Origin: an uncultured Bacteroidales bacterium | Lineage (GTDB): Bacteria > Bacteroidota > Bacteroidia > Bacteroidales > UBA3663 | Assembly (NCBI GenBank): GCA_902779265.1 | Contig: CACZAY010000006.1 | Coordinates: forward strand, 1 to 63,946 | Reading direction: 5' to 3' | DNA length: 63,946 nt | Shown here: in pieces, positions 45,373-55,371 of the stretch | How positions within the stretch are numbered: the stretch's first letter is position 1 | How the letters are laid out: every line of letters starts with the position of its first letter | Notes under the pieces: model-generated | The model's input: the letters and a program-made list of their open reading frames with translations, nothing else | Databases searched by the model: none | What the model was told of the DNA's origin: nothing | Translations under genes and position numbers: made by a program

Positions 45373-48300
45373 ATGCAAAACAAAGGATTTGTATCCGTAT
45401 TCGCAGTGTTGCTTGCGCTGGTTTGCTGCTATCAGATCTCTTTCACTGCCGCAGTGCGCAGTGTCGAGGGTGAGGCTAAGGAACTGGCCGCAGCTGCTGG
45501 CGACGAGACTCTGGAACGGTATTACCTTGATTCACTTACCGAGAATTGGACTTGGATGGGTGATACCTACAAGCAGGCCCAGGAAAAGCAGATCGGCCTC
45601 GGTCTGGACTTGAAGGGCGGCATGAACGTTATTCTCGAAATCTCAGTTTCTGACGTACTGAAGGCTCTCGCAGCCGAAAACGCCGATGATCCGACCTTCG
45701 TCGAGGCTATCCAAAAGACACAAGCCGGCGAAGCCGTAAGTGGCGACGAGTTCCTGGACGCTTTTGCCGAGAACTTCCGCAACATCAATCCGAATGCACG
45801 TCTTGCCAAGGTATTCAGCACCTATCAGCTGAAAGACAAGATCAAGAAAGATACCCCCGACTCGGAGGTGCTCGCCATCATCAAGCGCGAGATGAGCGCC
45901 GCATTGGCCAACTCATTCAACGTCCTCCGCAACCGTATTGACCGCTTCGGCGTCGTTGCCCCAAACATCCAGCAGTTGGAACAGGCAGGCCGCATCCTCG
46001 TCGAGCTGCCAGGCGTCAAGGAGCCTGAGCGTGTCAAGAAACTGCTTCAGGGTTCAGCCAACCTCGAGTTCTGGGAGACCTATCAGGCCGATGAGGTTTA
46101 CACCTATTTTGCCGAGGCCAACGCCCGTCTCGCTGCTGATGCCAAGAAGGAGGCTGAAGGTGAGACATCGGCCGATGCCCCAGCTGAAAACAACGACAAC
46201 AACACTCCCGCTGCGGCCGATGCAGCTCCTGCAGACAATGCCGACGCTCTCGTTGACGCTGCCAACGCCGCCGATTCGACCGTTACAGCCGAAGATGCCG
46301 CTGCCAACAACGGCCCTCTCTTCAGCAAGCTGACCCCATACGCCGGCTTCGGTGGTGTAGCTTTTGCCAATGTGAGCGATACAGCCGCCATCAACAAAAT
46401 GCTGAAGCAGCAGGACGCCCGCTTCCCTCGCCGTCTGGCATGGGCATGGGACGTCAAGGGCTTCGACCCACAGGGTGGCAAAAAGGAGAACTTCGTCGTG
46501 CTCTACGCCTTGAAGGGCAAGGGCAACGACAACACGATGCCAAGCCTCTCGGACGCAACCGTAGGTGACGTCATCGTTGATGCCAACCACGAGTACCAGC
46601 AGTTGACCGGTACCTACGAGGTTTCGATGACCATGACTCCCGAAGCCGGTGCCGAATGGTCGAAAGTTACCGGAGCCAACAAGGGCAAGTGCGTCGCCAT
46701 CGTCCTGGACGGTGTCGTCTATTCAGCTCCCCGCGTCAACGACCAGATCAACGGTGGCCGTTCAAGCATCACGGGCAACTTTACGCTCGAAGAGGCAACT
46801 GACTTGGCCAATGTCCTGAAGTCCGGTAAGATGGCAGCTGCCGTCAACATCGTGAGCGAGGACGTCGTCGGTCCTTCATTGGGCCAGGAAGCCATTGACG
46901 CCAGCGTCATCTCATTCTTCATCGCGCTTGTACTTCTGTTTATCTACATGATTGCGTTCTACGGCTTCAAGGCCGGCATGGTAGCCGACTGCTGCCTGCT
47001 CATCAACGCATTCTTCACCATCGGCATCCTGAGCTCATTCCACGCCGTGCTGACCCTTTCTGGTATTGCCGGTATCGTATTGGCCATGGGTATCGCAGTC
47101 GATGCCAACGTGCTTATCTACGAGCGTGCCAAGGAGGAGCTCGCCTCGGGCAAGGCTCTGCCTGCTGCCATCACCGCAGCCTACAGCAACGCATTCTCGG
47201 CCATCTTCGATGCCAACTTGACTTCGTTGATTACGGGTATCATCCTCTACATCTTCGGTACTGGCCCAATCCAGGGCTTCGCCTTCACCTTCATGTGGGG
47301 TATCGTGACCTCGTTCATCTCGGCCGTCTTCCTGAGCCGCATCTTCATTGAGGGCAGCGTCAAGGGCTGGTTCAAGGATGTCACCTTCACAGGCGTTGCA
47401 TCTGGCCTGCTGAAGCCTACGCACTTCGACTTTGTCAAGGCCGGCAAGCGCAGCCAGATCGTTTACTGCGTCATCGCCGTTGTCTGCGTCGTGCTGATGT
47501 TCTTCCCTGGCATGGAGAAGGGTATCGACTTCACGGGTGGCCGTAACTTCGTCGTCTCATTCAACGAGGTTGCATCGGTCAACACCCAGGACCTGCAGAA
47601 GGCTCTTGAGGCCGATGCTTCCCTGAACAATGCATCCATCAAGGTCATCACCATCAGCAATGCCAACCAGGTTCGCGTGACCACCAACTTCGACTTGAAC
47701 GCTCAGGACGACGAGGCTGCCACCACGACTGTCAAGAAGGCCATCTACGAGGCCGGCAAGCAGTTGGGCTACACCTCATTGGCCGACTTCAACAGCTTCA
47801 ACAACGAGGACTACATCCCATCGTCACAGAAGGTTGGTCCTTCCATCGCTGAAGACATCACCCGTGGTGCCATCATCTCGATTATCGTGGCTCTCATCAT
47901 GATTGCGCTCTACATCCTGCTGCGTTTCCGCAACATTGCCTTCTCAATCGGCGCAATTATCGGTTTGGCGGCCAATGTCCTGATCATCCTGGGCGTCTAT
48001 TCAAGCTTCTGGGCCATCATGCCATTCTCAATGGAAATTGACCAGGCCTTCATCGCTGCCATCCTGACGGTCATCGGCTACTCAATCAATGATATCGTGG
48101 TCGTCTTCGACCGTATCCGCGAGGTACGTTCGCTCTATCCGAACAAGCAGCTGGGCGACACCATCAACGAGGCCTTGAACATGACGATGCCACGTACGTT
48201 GAATACCTCAATCTCAACGCTCCTGGTTCTGTTGGTCATCTTCTTCTTCGGCGGTGCATCAATCCGCAGCTTCATCTTCGCCATGTTGCTGGGTGTCGTC

Positions 48301-48378
48301 GTTGACCCGTTGACCACCATCTTCCTCGCCGTTCCATCGGCCTTCAGCTTCATGACCAAGAAGACTGAAAAGAAGTGA
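45373..48378 (+). CDS. secDF: protein translocase subunit SecDF (fused SecD/SecF)
   Basis: 1001 aa with two 6-TM blocks, ..LDLKGGMNVILE.. (SecD head) and ..GIDFTGGRNF.. (SecF). This is the typical Bacteroidota fusion. Confidence 0.95.
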   Translation: MQNKGFVSVFAVLLALVCCYQISFTAAVRSVEGEAKELAAAAGDETLERYYLDSLTENWTWMGDTYKQAQEKQIGLGLDLKGGMNVILEISVSDVLKALAAENADDPTFVEAIQKTQAGEAVSGDEFLDAFAENFRNINPNARLAKVFSTYQLKDKIKKDTPDSEVLAIIKREMSAALANSFNVLRNRIDRFGVVAPNIQQLEQAGRILVELPGVKEPERVKKLLQGSANLEFWETYQADEVYTYFAEANARLAADAKKEAEGETSADAPAENNDNNTPAAADAAPADNADALVDAANAADSTVTAEDAAANNGPLFSKLTPYAGFGGVAFANVSDTAAINKMLKQQDARFPRRLAWAWDVKGFDPQGGKKENFVVLYALKGKGNDNTMPSLSDATVGDVIVDANHEYQQLTGTYEVSMTMTPEAGAEWSKVTGANKGKCVAIVLDGVVYSAPRVNDQINGGRSSITGNFTLEEATDLANVLKSGKMAAAVNIVSEDVVGPSLGQEAIDASVISFFIALVLLFIYMIAFYGFKAGMVADCCLLINAFFTIGILSSFHAVLTLSGIAGIVLAMGIAVDANVLIYERAKEELASGKALPAAITAAYSNAFSAIFDANLTSLITGIILYIFGTGPIQGFAFTFMWGIVTSFISAVFLSRIFIEGSVKGWFKDVTFTGVASGLLKPTHFDFVKAGKRSQIVYCVIAVVCVVLMFFPGMEKGIDFTGGRNFVVSFNEVASVNTQDLQKALEADASLNNASIKVITISNANQVRVTTNFDLNAQDDEAATTTVKKAIYEAGKQLGYTSLADFNSFNNEDYIPSSQKVGPSIAEDITRGAIISIIVALIMIALYILLRFRNIAFSIGAIIGLAANVLIILGVYSSFWAIMPFSMEIDQAFIAAILTVIGYSINDIVVVFDRIREVRSLYPNKQLGDTINEALNMTMPRTLNTSISTLLVLLVIFFFGGASIRSFIFAMLLGVVVDPLTTIFLAVPSAFSFMTKKTEKK

Positions 48379-48535
48379 TAAACAACCGCCCCACAACGGG
48401 GTAACCTGATACAAAGGACAGCCCGATTCGGACTGTCCTTTTCTATTTTTCATGGGCTGTTGGCCAATGGCATTCGTCCGCAAAGAAGACACATTGGCCG
48501 AAACCGAATATCCATCGACAAATCACGACAGAATT

Positions 48536-49432
48536 ATGACAATCAAGTTCACTAAGATGCACGGATGCGGCAACGACTACGTCTATGTCAACTGCTTCGA
48601 ACAACACATCACCGAGCCCGAACGGCTCTCGCAGTACGTCAGCGACCGGCATTTCGGCATCGGCTCCGACGGGCTCGTGCTCATCATGCCATCGGCAACG
48701 TGCGACTTCCGGATGCGTATGTTCAACGCCGACGGCAGCGAAGCGCAGATGTGCGGCAATGCGTCGCGCTGTGTGGCCAAATACTGCTACGACCACAAGT
48801 TGACCGACAAGAAGGAGTTCACGCTCGAGACATTGGCCGGAATGAAAATCCTGAAAGTGTTCACCTACGCCGACCTGGGCCAAGGGGTCAAGGGAACGGC
48901 ATCGGCCGAAAAAGTGGTCAAAGTCACGGTCAACATGGGCGAACCCATCCTGCGGCCGGCCGATATCCCCGTAAAGTGCGATGATGACGGCAAATGCATT
49001 GGCCAAAAACTGGGACTTCCTGCCGTCGAAGGCGTTTCGGCCGAATGCACAGCGGTGTCGATGGGCAATCCGCACGCAGTCTATTTCGTCGACACACTGG
49101 AGCGCGTGGAAAACCTCGATCTGGAAAAGTTCGGTCCGTCATACGAGAATTTCAAGGCCTTCCCGGCGCGCGTGAATTCGGAATTTGTCCATGTCATCAA
49201 TAGGAAACACGCGCGTATGCGTGTGTGGGAACGCGGCTCGGGAGAGACATGGGCCTGCGGAACTGGAGCCTGCGCAACACTGGTGGCCTGCGTCCTGAAC
49301 GAAAAGACCGACCGGCAAATCACGCTTGCCCTGAACGGCGGTTCGCTGGAACTCGCGTGGGATGAGGCTACGAACTGCGTCTTCATGACCGGACCGGCTA
49401 CCGAAGTATTCTCCGGCGAGCTTGAATACTGA
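48536..49432 (+). CDS. dapF: diaminopimelate epimerase
   Basis: MTIKFTKMHGCGNDYVYV.., ..MCGNASRC.., ..WACGTGACA.. provide the two catalytic Cys motifs. Confidence 0.9.
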   Translation: MTIKFTKMHGCGNDYVYVNCFEQHITEPERLSQYVSDRHFGIGSDGLVLIMPSATCDFRMRMFNADGSEAQMCGNASRCVAKYCYDHKLTDKKEFTLETLAGMKILKVFTYADLGQGVKGTASAEKVVKVTVNMGEPILRPADIPVKCDDDGKCIGQKLGLPAVEGVSAECTAVSMGNPHAVYFVDTLERVENLDLEKFGPSYENFKAFPARVNSEFVHVINRKHARMRVWERGSGETWACGTGACATLVACVLNEKTDRQITLALNGGSLELAWDEATNCVFMTGPATEVFSGELEY

Positions 49433-49533
49433 CATTTGTCAAATAAATATTTAAAACTACAACTATTTGACAAAATATTTTAAATAATCAAAGAAAAGTG
49501 ATATATTTTATACCACTTTTCTTTGTTTTTTGC

Positions 49534-49541
49534 TACCTTTG
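49534..49541 (+). promoter_or_regulatory. -7 promoter box (TAccTTTG) for dapL
   Basis: tacctttg lies 28 nt upstream of the ATG at 49569. Confidence 0.5.
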
Positions 49542-49568
49542 CGCCGGAATTGAAGACAAAACAACATT

Positions 49569-50792
49569 ATGGCATTCGTAAACACAAACTTCACAAAAGT
49601 CAGCGAGTCGTACCTCTTCGTCGAGGTCGCCCGCCGCATCAAGGCATATCAGGAGGCTCACCCCGAGGCCAAAATCATCCGCATGGGCATCGGCGACGTC
49701 ACACGCCCCATCGTTCCAGCCGTCATCGAGGCACTCCACAAGGCAGTCGATGAAATGGGCACGGCCGACGGCTTCCGTGGCTACGGGCCAGAACAGGGCT
49801 ACGCCTTCCTGCGTGAGGCCATCTGCAACTACGACTTCAAGCAGCGCGGCATCGACATCCAGCCCGATGAAATCTTCGTGAGCGACGGCGCAAAGTCCGA
49901 CTGCGGCAACATCGGCGACATCCTTGGCCAACAGAACGTCATCGCCGTCACCGATCCCGTCTATCCCGTCTATGTCGATACGAACGTGATGGGCGGCCGC
50001 GCAGGCGACTTCGACGGCATCCGCTACAGCCGGATCTGCTATATGCCATGCACGCAGGAGAACGGTTTCGTGCCAACCCTGCCCTCGCAGCACGTCGATG
50101 TCATCTACCTCTGTTTCCCGAACAATCCGACAGGCACCACGTTGACCAAATCGCAGCTCAAAGTGTGGGTCGATTACGCACTACGCGAAAAAAGCATCAT
50201 TCTGTTCGATGCGGCCTACGAAGCCTTCATCACCGAAGACGACGTGCCGCACAGCATCTACGAGATTGAGGGTGCACGCCAATGCGCCATCGAGTTCCGA
50301 AGCTTCTCCAAGACGGCCGGATTCACGGGTCTGCGCTGCGGCTTCACCGTCGTTCCCAAGGAGCTTGTGGCCTACACCGAAGAGGGCAAAGCTGTCGCGC
50401 TCAACAGGCTCTGGAACCGCCGACAATCGACCAAGTTCAACGGCACGCCCTACATCGTACAGCGCGCAGCCGAGGCCGTCTATAGTCCCGAAGGCCGTGC
50501 TCAGATTATGGCCAACATCGCCTACTACCGCGAGAATGCCCGGCTGATGAAGCAGACCTTCGAGAGCATCGGCATCCCGGCATTCGGCGGCGTGAACAGC
50601 CCCTACGTCTGGATCAGGACTCCGCTCGACAGCTGGCAGTTCTTCGACCGACTGCTCGACGAATGTCACGTAGTGGGCACGCCAGGCGTCGGTTTCGGCC
50701 CATCCGGCCAAGGATATTTCCGTCTGACGGCGTTCGCCACGCACGAGGCCACACGCGAGGCCATGGAACGTATCAAGAAGTGGAAGCTTTGA
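49569..50792 (+). CDS. dapL: LL-diaminopimelate aminotransferase
   Basis: [48 protein letters not shown].. and ..[13 protein letters not shown].. (PLP Lys) are characteristic of DapL. Confidence 0.9.
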   Translation: MAFVNTNFTKVSESYLFVEVARRIKAYQEAHPEAKIIRMGIGDVTRPIVPAVIEALHKAVDEMGTADGFRGYGPEQGYAFLREAICNYDFKQRGIDIQPDEIFVSDGAKSDCGNIGDILGQQNVIAVTDPVYPVYVDTNVMGGRAGDFDGIRYSRICYMPCTQENGFVPTLPSQHVDVIYLCFPNNPTGTTLTKSQLKVWVDYALREKSIILFDAAYEAFITEDDVPHSIYEIEGARQCAIEFRSFSKTAGFTGLRCGFTVVPKELVAYTEEGKAVALNRLWNRRQSTKFNGTPYIVQRAAEAVYSPEGRAQIMANIAYYRENARLMKQTFESIGIPAFGGVNSPYVWIRTPLDSWQFFDRLLDECHVVGTPGVGFGPSGQGYFRLTAFATHEATREAMERIKKWKL

Positions 50793-50879
50793 GTCATTGG
50801 CCAATGATATTATCCCCAGACACCCGCAGCGATTGTTTTCGTTGCGGGTGTAATATTTCTTTCACGTGGGCCATTGGCC

Positions 50880-53633
50880 TCAATAATAATAAATCTTTCC
50901 ATCTTCACCCACACCGCAGATGGAGACCTTCAGGTGGGCTGGACGCGCGCCGTTGTAGAACTGGATGTTTAGATTTCCGTCCTTGTCCGGATGGACATTC
51001 GGATTCCAATAGAGCGTGCGCCGATAATCGCTCGAATCGGGCAGTGCCGCGCCGGAATAGTCGCGATGGTAGAATTGTTCAGGATAGGCGAAGCCGTCAA
51101 TCAAGATGCGGCGGTCGCGGCGCATGGCCCGCTTCCCCTCGTTCGGAATCGGAACGACATCAAACCATACGTCGGGAACACCACGATTTTCTTCTTTGCC
51201 GACACCATTACGCATGTCATAGTCCGTAAAGACACGTACCTGTAGGATATGACGGGGATCAAGACGCTTCTTAAGAACTTGAGGAGACATTGGAGTCCCA
51301 ATACTACCTAATGTTGGTTCCGAGTACGTTTTTAATATTGCATGACCTTCAACCGATACCTTTAGATTGAATGATTGACGGGGATCATTCATGTTACCAA
51401 ACAATTCGCGCGCACTTTCATTCCAGAACATTATACCATTGAAGCAGCTATAATGCAACCCTTGGTCAATAGCATTATTCAACAACATATTGAAGTCATA
51501 GACAAATGCAGGTTTGCTGTAATCAAATGAATGCAAAGCGCGATGCACATTCTTCTTGATTGTAACATTTTTCAGAATATGGTCTGCATCATAGATTTCA
51601 TTTCGCGAAATATCTTCTTTCTCAATTTTCGAAGAATGAGTTTGTGCCCAAACATATGGTTTGCAGAATTTTGGGTAAAAAAAATCACGACGAACGTAAT
51701 AACTGGGAGAAACATAAGGATTGAGTTTTTCATAATCGATTAGGCTTGCAATACATTTTTTTATAGAATCTTTTTTTTCATAAGCGGTCATCATGAGAAT
51801 AGCCTGATCGTAGAAAGGAGGCATTTGAAAAATGAAATGGCCGTTACTGTCCACTTCGACCGCAATTCCTGCGATGTCACGACCTTTGTTCAACTCAGCC
51901 TCAACGATTATAGGGTGTTTTAAACCACTACTGTTTCGATTATATTGATCTTGTTGTGTATAAGTTTCCTGTCGTCTTTCTTCAACTTCTTCAATTTTTT
52001 TTTCAACTTCTTTTTGTAGCTTGTTTTCGAATCTTTCATTTAAATCTTCAAGCTCTTTCAACCCTTCTGCCTCATGCACATTTGCAAATTCGTCGTAAAG
52101 TACAATTTTGTTTTCTGGAGACAGTGTAAAAACGGCATTTCCCGTGTTATTCTTATCCACAATGTAATCCATCAGATCGAAACGCTCATACTCATCTTCT
52201 TTTAATTTGTAGATTTGACCTTCTACTGCAAATGATATCTCCGGCTGGAATCTCAGTTCCTCTACCGGCACATATTTCCGCCAGCCCTGAATCATCATCA
52301 GCTGGTCCAGTTTTTTTTGATGTTCCGCATCGTCGCCCTCAAAATAGCGCGCCGGATGAGCGACAAAACCACGCAGGTCGCCCGCCAGAAGCAGGTCGGT
52401 CAGGATGTTGCCATCGTCGTAGGTCGGTTCGTCACCGCGTCGGTCGCACACTGCAATACTCGCCGTTTTCAGTTGGCCGATGCTTGGCTGCAAGTTCAGT
52501 TTTTCAAACGGCTTTACGGCCAATGAATCAAACAAATTCAACTCGATTTTCTGTCCGATGTCACCGCGGTTCACGAATATCTGCCTTGTGGCCAATGGCC
52601 TTGCCTCCGTATCATAGGCCACAATCTCGTTCACGCCCGTCGGAAAATCTTTTGCGTCAATGGTTTGCGCATTTCGATTGAATGCAATCAACTTACCACG
52701 GCAGGTGACTGAAACGGCTGCAACGGCAACGCCATTGGCCACAATCCTGGCCTTCTGCCCGATCGGGTCGTAGGCAATGACCACGCCCGCTCCCTGGACT
52801 TCGGGCATTCTGGCCGTATATTTCTGCTCCAAATAGGTAAATTCCGCCTCCATCCGTTCGCCCTTTTGCGGCTTGATGGTAAGGACGCCACGCCCGTCAT
52901 CGTCGGTCTCAAGTTTTGTCCCATTGGCCAAAGAACCGATGATTTTCAATGGTTTTCCCTGCGCGTCAAGCACTTCGAATGCGACCCTGTTTTCCACATC
53001 AGCGAGTAGGGTTCCGCTCTCGGGATAGACCTTCACGTCGAGCCCCTCCTCCACACCCGCCAGGCGACGTTTCGGACGGTCAATGATACGCTTGTCGGCA
53101 TAGTTCCCAGTCTGCTCGGGCTTTTCGTAAATCGGCAGCACGCGGCTGTAAAGTCCCTCATAGTCACGGAAATAATCATTGGCCAACTCCTGATTGAAGA
53201 ACCAGCGGTCGTCAAAATCGCTGTGCGGCCGCTCCGTCACGTTGAAATTCAGCTGCCAGCGGGTGTAGGCGCGCAGTTCGTAGAAGCCAGAATACATCGT
53301 GTCTGGCAGGGCGAATTGGCCGAAACTCTGCGTATTATGATCCACGATGATTCGTTGACGTTCAACGAGATAGCCATCGGGCGAAAGCAGTTCGACATAC
53401 ATGATTTTGCTCATGTGGGATGGCCGATGGTCATCGGCCCGAAGCAAATAGGTCTTGAACCAGATCGTGTCGCCCACGAAATAGCTGTTGTTATCGGTAT
53501 GTACGTAGATTTTCTCCTGAACCTGCTCGCTGCTTCTCAGCTGATTTTCAAGTGAATCAATGGCATTGGCCAATGCCGTTTGAATCCCGAAGAACGCCAG
53601 CAGCGGCAACATGTTTTTCAAGTGATTTTTCAT
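50880..53633 (-). CDS. large secreted protein with N-terminal MG2 / alpha-2-macroglobulin-like fold; function unknown
   Basis: MKNHLKNMLPLLAFFGIQTALA signal peptide. ..KIYVHTDNNSYFVGDTIWFKTYLL..YVELLSPDGYLVERQ.. is MG2-like. The central third is compositionally foreign. Confidence 0.65.
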   Translation of the reverse strand: MKNHLKNMLPLLAFFGIQTALANAIDSLENQLRSSEQVQEKIYVHTDNNSYFVGDTIWFKTYLLRADDHRPSHMSKIMYVELLSPDGYLVERQRIIVDHNTQSFGQFALPDTMYSGFYELRAYTRWQLNFNVTERPHSDFDDRWFFNQELANDYFRDYEGLYSRVLPIYEKPEQTGNYADKRIIDRPKRRLAGVEEGLDVKVYPESGTLLADVENRVAFEVLDAQGKPLKIIGSLANGTKLETDDDGRGVLTIKPQKGERMEAEFTYLEQKYTARMPEVQGAGVVIAYDPIGQKARIVANGVAVAAVSVTCRGKLIAFNRNAQTIDAKDFPTGVNEIVAYDTEARPLATRQIFVNRGDIGQKIELNLFDSLAVKPFEKLNLQPSIGQLKTASIAVCDRRGDEPTYDDGNILTDLLLAGDLRGFVAHPARYFEGDDAEHQKKLDQLMMIQGWRKYVPVEELRFQPEISFAVEGQIYKLKEDEYERFDLMDYIVDKNNTGNAVFTLSPENKIVLYDEFANVHEAEGLKELEDLNERFENKLQKEVEKKIEEVEERRQETYTQQDQYNRNSSGLKHPIIVEAELNKGRDIAGIAVEVDSNGHFIFQMPPFYDQAILMMTAYEKKDSIKKCIASLIDYEKLNPYVSPSYYVRRDFFYPKFCKPYVWAQTHSSKIEKEDISRNEIYDADHILKNVTIKKNVHRALHSFDYSKPAFVYDFNMLLNNAIDQGLHYSCFNGIMFWNESARELFGNMNDPRQSFNLKVSVEGHAILKTYSEPTLGSIGTPMSPQVLKKRLDPRHILQVRVFTDYDMRNGVGKEENRGVPDVWFDVVPIPNEGKRAMRRDRRILIDGFAYPEQFYHRDYSGAALPDSSDYRRTLYWNPNVHPDKDGNLNIQFYNGARPAHLKVSICGVGEDGKIYYY

Positions 53634-53769
53634 TGGGTTGGGTGTTTTTTGACTGGATTTGTCGCGCAAATATAAAGATTTTGCACACAATCACCAAGTT
53701 CGGCTTACATTTTTATCAAAAATATAAAGAAATATAATACTATGTATTGCAAGGTAGTAAAATAATGCC

Positions 53770-53777
53770 TATATTTG
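53770..53777 (+). promoter_or_regulatory. -7 promoter box (TAtaTTTG) for the padR-pspC pair
   Basis: tatatttg lies 26 nt upstream of the ATG at 53803. Confidence 0.5.
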
Positions 53778-53802
53778 CGCCATCGGACATAAACATACGG
53801 AT

Positions 53803-54147
53803 ATGAACATTGAAAACGCAAAATCGCAGATGCGCAAGGGGATGCTGGAATACTGCATCCTACTGATACTGAACCGCGCGCCTTCGTACGCGACGGACAT
53901 CATCCGACGACTTGAAGAGGCTCAGCTGATTGTGGTCGAGGGAACGCTCTACCCCCTGCTCACACGGCTGAAGAACGACGGAATGCTGTGCTACGAGTGG
54001 AAGGAATCGCTCTATGGACCGCCACGCAAGTACTACGCGCTGACCGAGCAGGGCCGCGAATCGCTCCAGGCACTCGATGAGGCATGGGGAGCATTGGCCA
54101 ACACCGTAAATATCTTACGAAACGCTGAAAAACAAGACGAACAATGA
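53803..54147 (+). CDS. PadR family transcriptional regulator
   Basis: ..GMLEYCILLILNRAPSYATDIIRRLEE..EGTLYPLLTRLKNDGML..PRKYYALTEQG.. is the PadR winged helix. Confidence 0.85.
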   Translation: MNIENAKSQMRKGMLEYCILLILNRAPSYATDIIRRLEEAQLIVVEGTLYPLLTRLKNDGMLCYEWKESLYGPPRKYYALTEQGRESLQALDEAWGALANTVNILRNAEKQDEQ

Positions 54148-54986
54148 AGAAAAACATCAATATCAACCTTTTTGGCGTCAATTATGCCATCAACGAAGAC
54201 GCCTACGAGCTGCTCGAAACCTATCTCAACAGGGTCAAGCAATGTTTTGGCCAACGGGAAGGCGGCGAGGAAATAGCCGATGACATCGAACATCGCGTGG
54301 CCGAACTGCTCTGGGAGAAGAAGCAGCTGGGCGTCGAGACCATCGATCTGATGACTATCAAGACCATCCTGAAACAGATTGGAGAACCGGAGGAAATCAT
54401 GGGCGAAGAGGTTCCAAACGAGGATTTTTCGGCCAATGCTCCGGCTGAAGAAAACTCTGGAACGGGCGACGAAAATCCATCGGCCAAAGAGACAAAAACC
54501 GAAAAAGAGCCCCGGACAACCAAACGGAAGCTGTTCCGCGCGACACACGACAAGGTGCTGGGCGGCGTGCTGAGTGGACTCACCTATTATATGGGCGGCA
54601 GCAATCCGAACCTGCTACGCGCCATTGTGATTGCCATAGCATTGATTCCAATGTTCTGTTCACCGCTTTCCTTACTTTCGCACACATTCTTAGGCGGTTT
54701 CAGCCTCATCGTCAGCCTGTTCAACCTGTGTGACCCCGCATTCTGGAGCATCGTCATCTATATTTTATGCTGGATTCTCATTCCTGCGGCCGATACACCG
54801 GAAAAACGCGAGCAGCTGATGGGCAGGAAAGAGACATTGGCCAATACCCCAGACAAAAACAACTCGTCGGACGGCTGCATGAAAGGTTGTATCGTAGCAA
54901 TTATCGTCGTGGCAGTGCTGATTCTGGCGACATTCTACGGTTTATTTTCCTTCTTGCAACAGATGATAATGTTCAATCACATCTAA
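54144..54986 (+). CDS. PspC-domain membrane protein
   Basis: ..KLFRATHDKVLGGVLSGLTYYMG.. is a PspC domain followed by TM segments. ATGA overlap with padR. Confidence 0.75.
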   Translation: MKKNININLFGVNYAINEDAYELLETYLNRVKQCFGQREGGEEIADDIEHRVAELLWEKKQLGVETIDLMTIKTILKQIGEPEEIMGEEVPNEDFSANAPAEENSGTGDENPSAKETKTEKEPRTTKRKLFRATHDKVLGGVLSGLTYYMGGSNPNLLRAIVIAIALIPMFCSPLSLLSHTFLGGFSLIVSLFNLCDPAFWSIVIYILCWILIPAADTPEKREQLMGRKETLANTPDKNNSSDGCMKGCIVAIIVVAVLILATFYGLFSFLQQMIMFNHI

Positions 54987-55011
54987 GAAAAAAATGTTTA
55001 TAACTTATCAA

Positions 55012-55051
55012 AACGAAAGGCGATTTTTTCGGAAATCGCCTTTCGTTTTTT
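55012..55051 (+). terminator. rho-independent terminator
   Basis: AACGAAAGGCGATTT .. AAATCGCCTTTCGTT stem followed by TTTTTT. Confidence 0.75.
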
Positions 55052-55233
55052 GATAATGCCAAGGTGGAATTTGGCTTAAAATGCGAGAAAAAATTTGAAA
55101 CATTATTTAGAATACGAAACATTTTCGAGACTTAGAGTCTGTTTTTATGTGGAAAATAATTTAAAGAGGTGGAAAATTTAGGTGTAATAATTCTTTTTGA
55201 CGAATTTTATTTGCATGGCCGATTTTTTTGCCG

Positions 55234-55241
55234 TATCTTTG
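55234..55241 (+). promoter_or_regulatory. orphan -7 promoter box (TAtcTTTG) with no downstream ORF
   Basis: tatctttg at 55234 with a TTTG about 24 nt upstream. The only thing downstream on this strand is a terminator hairpin at 55333-55363. Confidence 0.4.
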
Positions 55242-55247
55242 CAGTGC

Positions 55248-55363
55248 AATTCGAAAGAGTTGCTCCCAAATGTCTCTATAAAATACTGACTTTTTAGGGT
55301 CGTCAGTTTTAGTTAGTAGTATTAGTGGTTGGAATCAGCTCCCTGTGAAGGGCGCTGATTTTT
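55248..55363 (+). ncRNA. candidate small RNA (~115 nt, family not recognised)
   Basis: Promoter box at 55234. Internal hairpin CTGAC..GTCAG (about 55286-55306). Terminal hairpin AATCAGC tccctgtgaagggc GCTGATT plus a T-run. No ORF longer than 4 codons. Confidence 0.25.
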
Positions 55364-55371
55364 CTTTTCTC

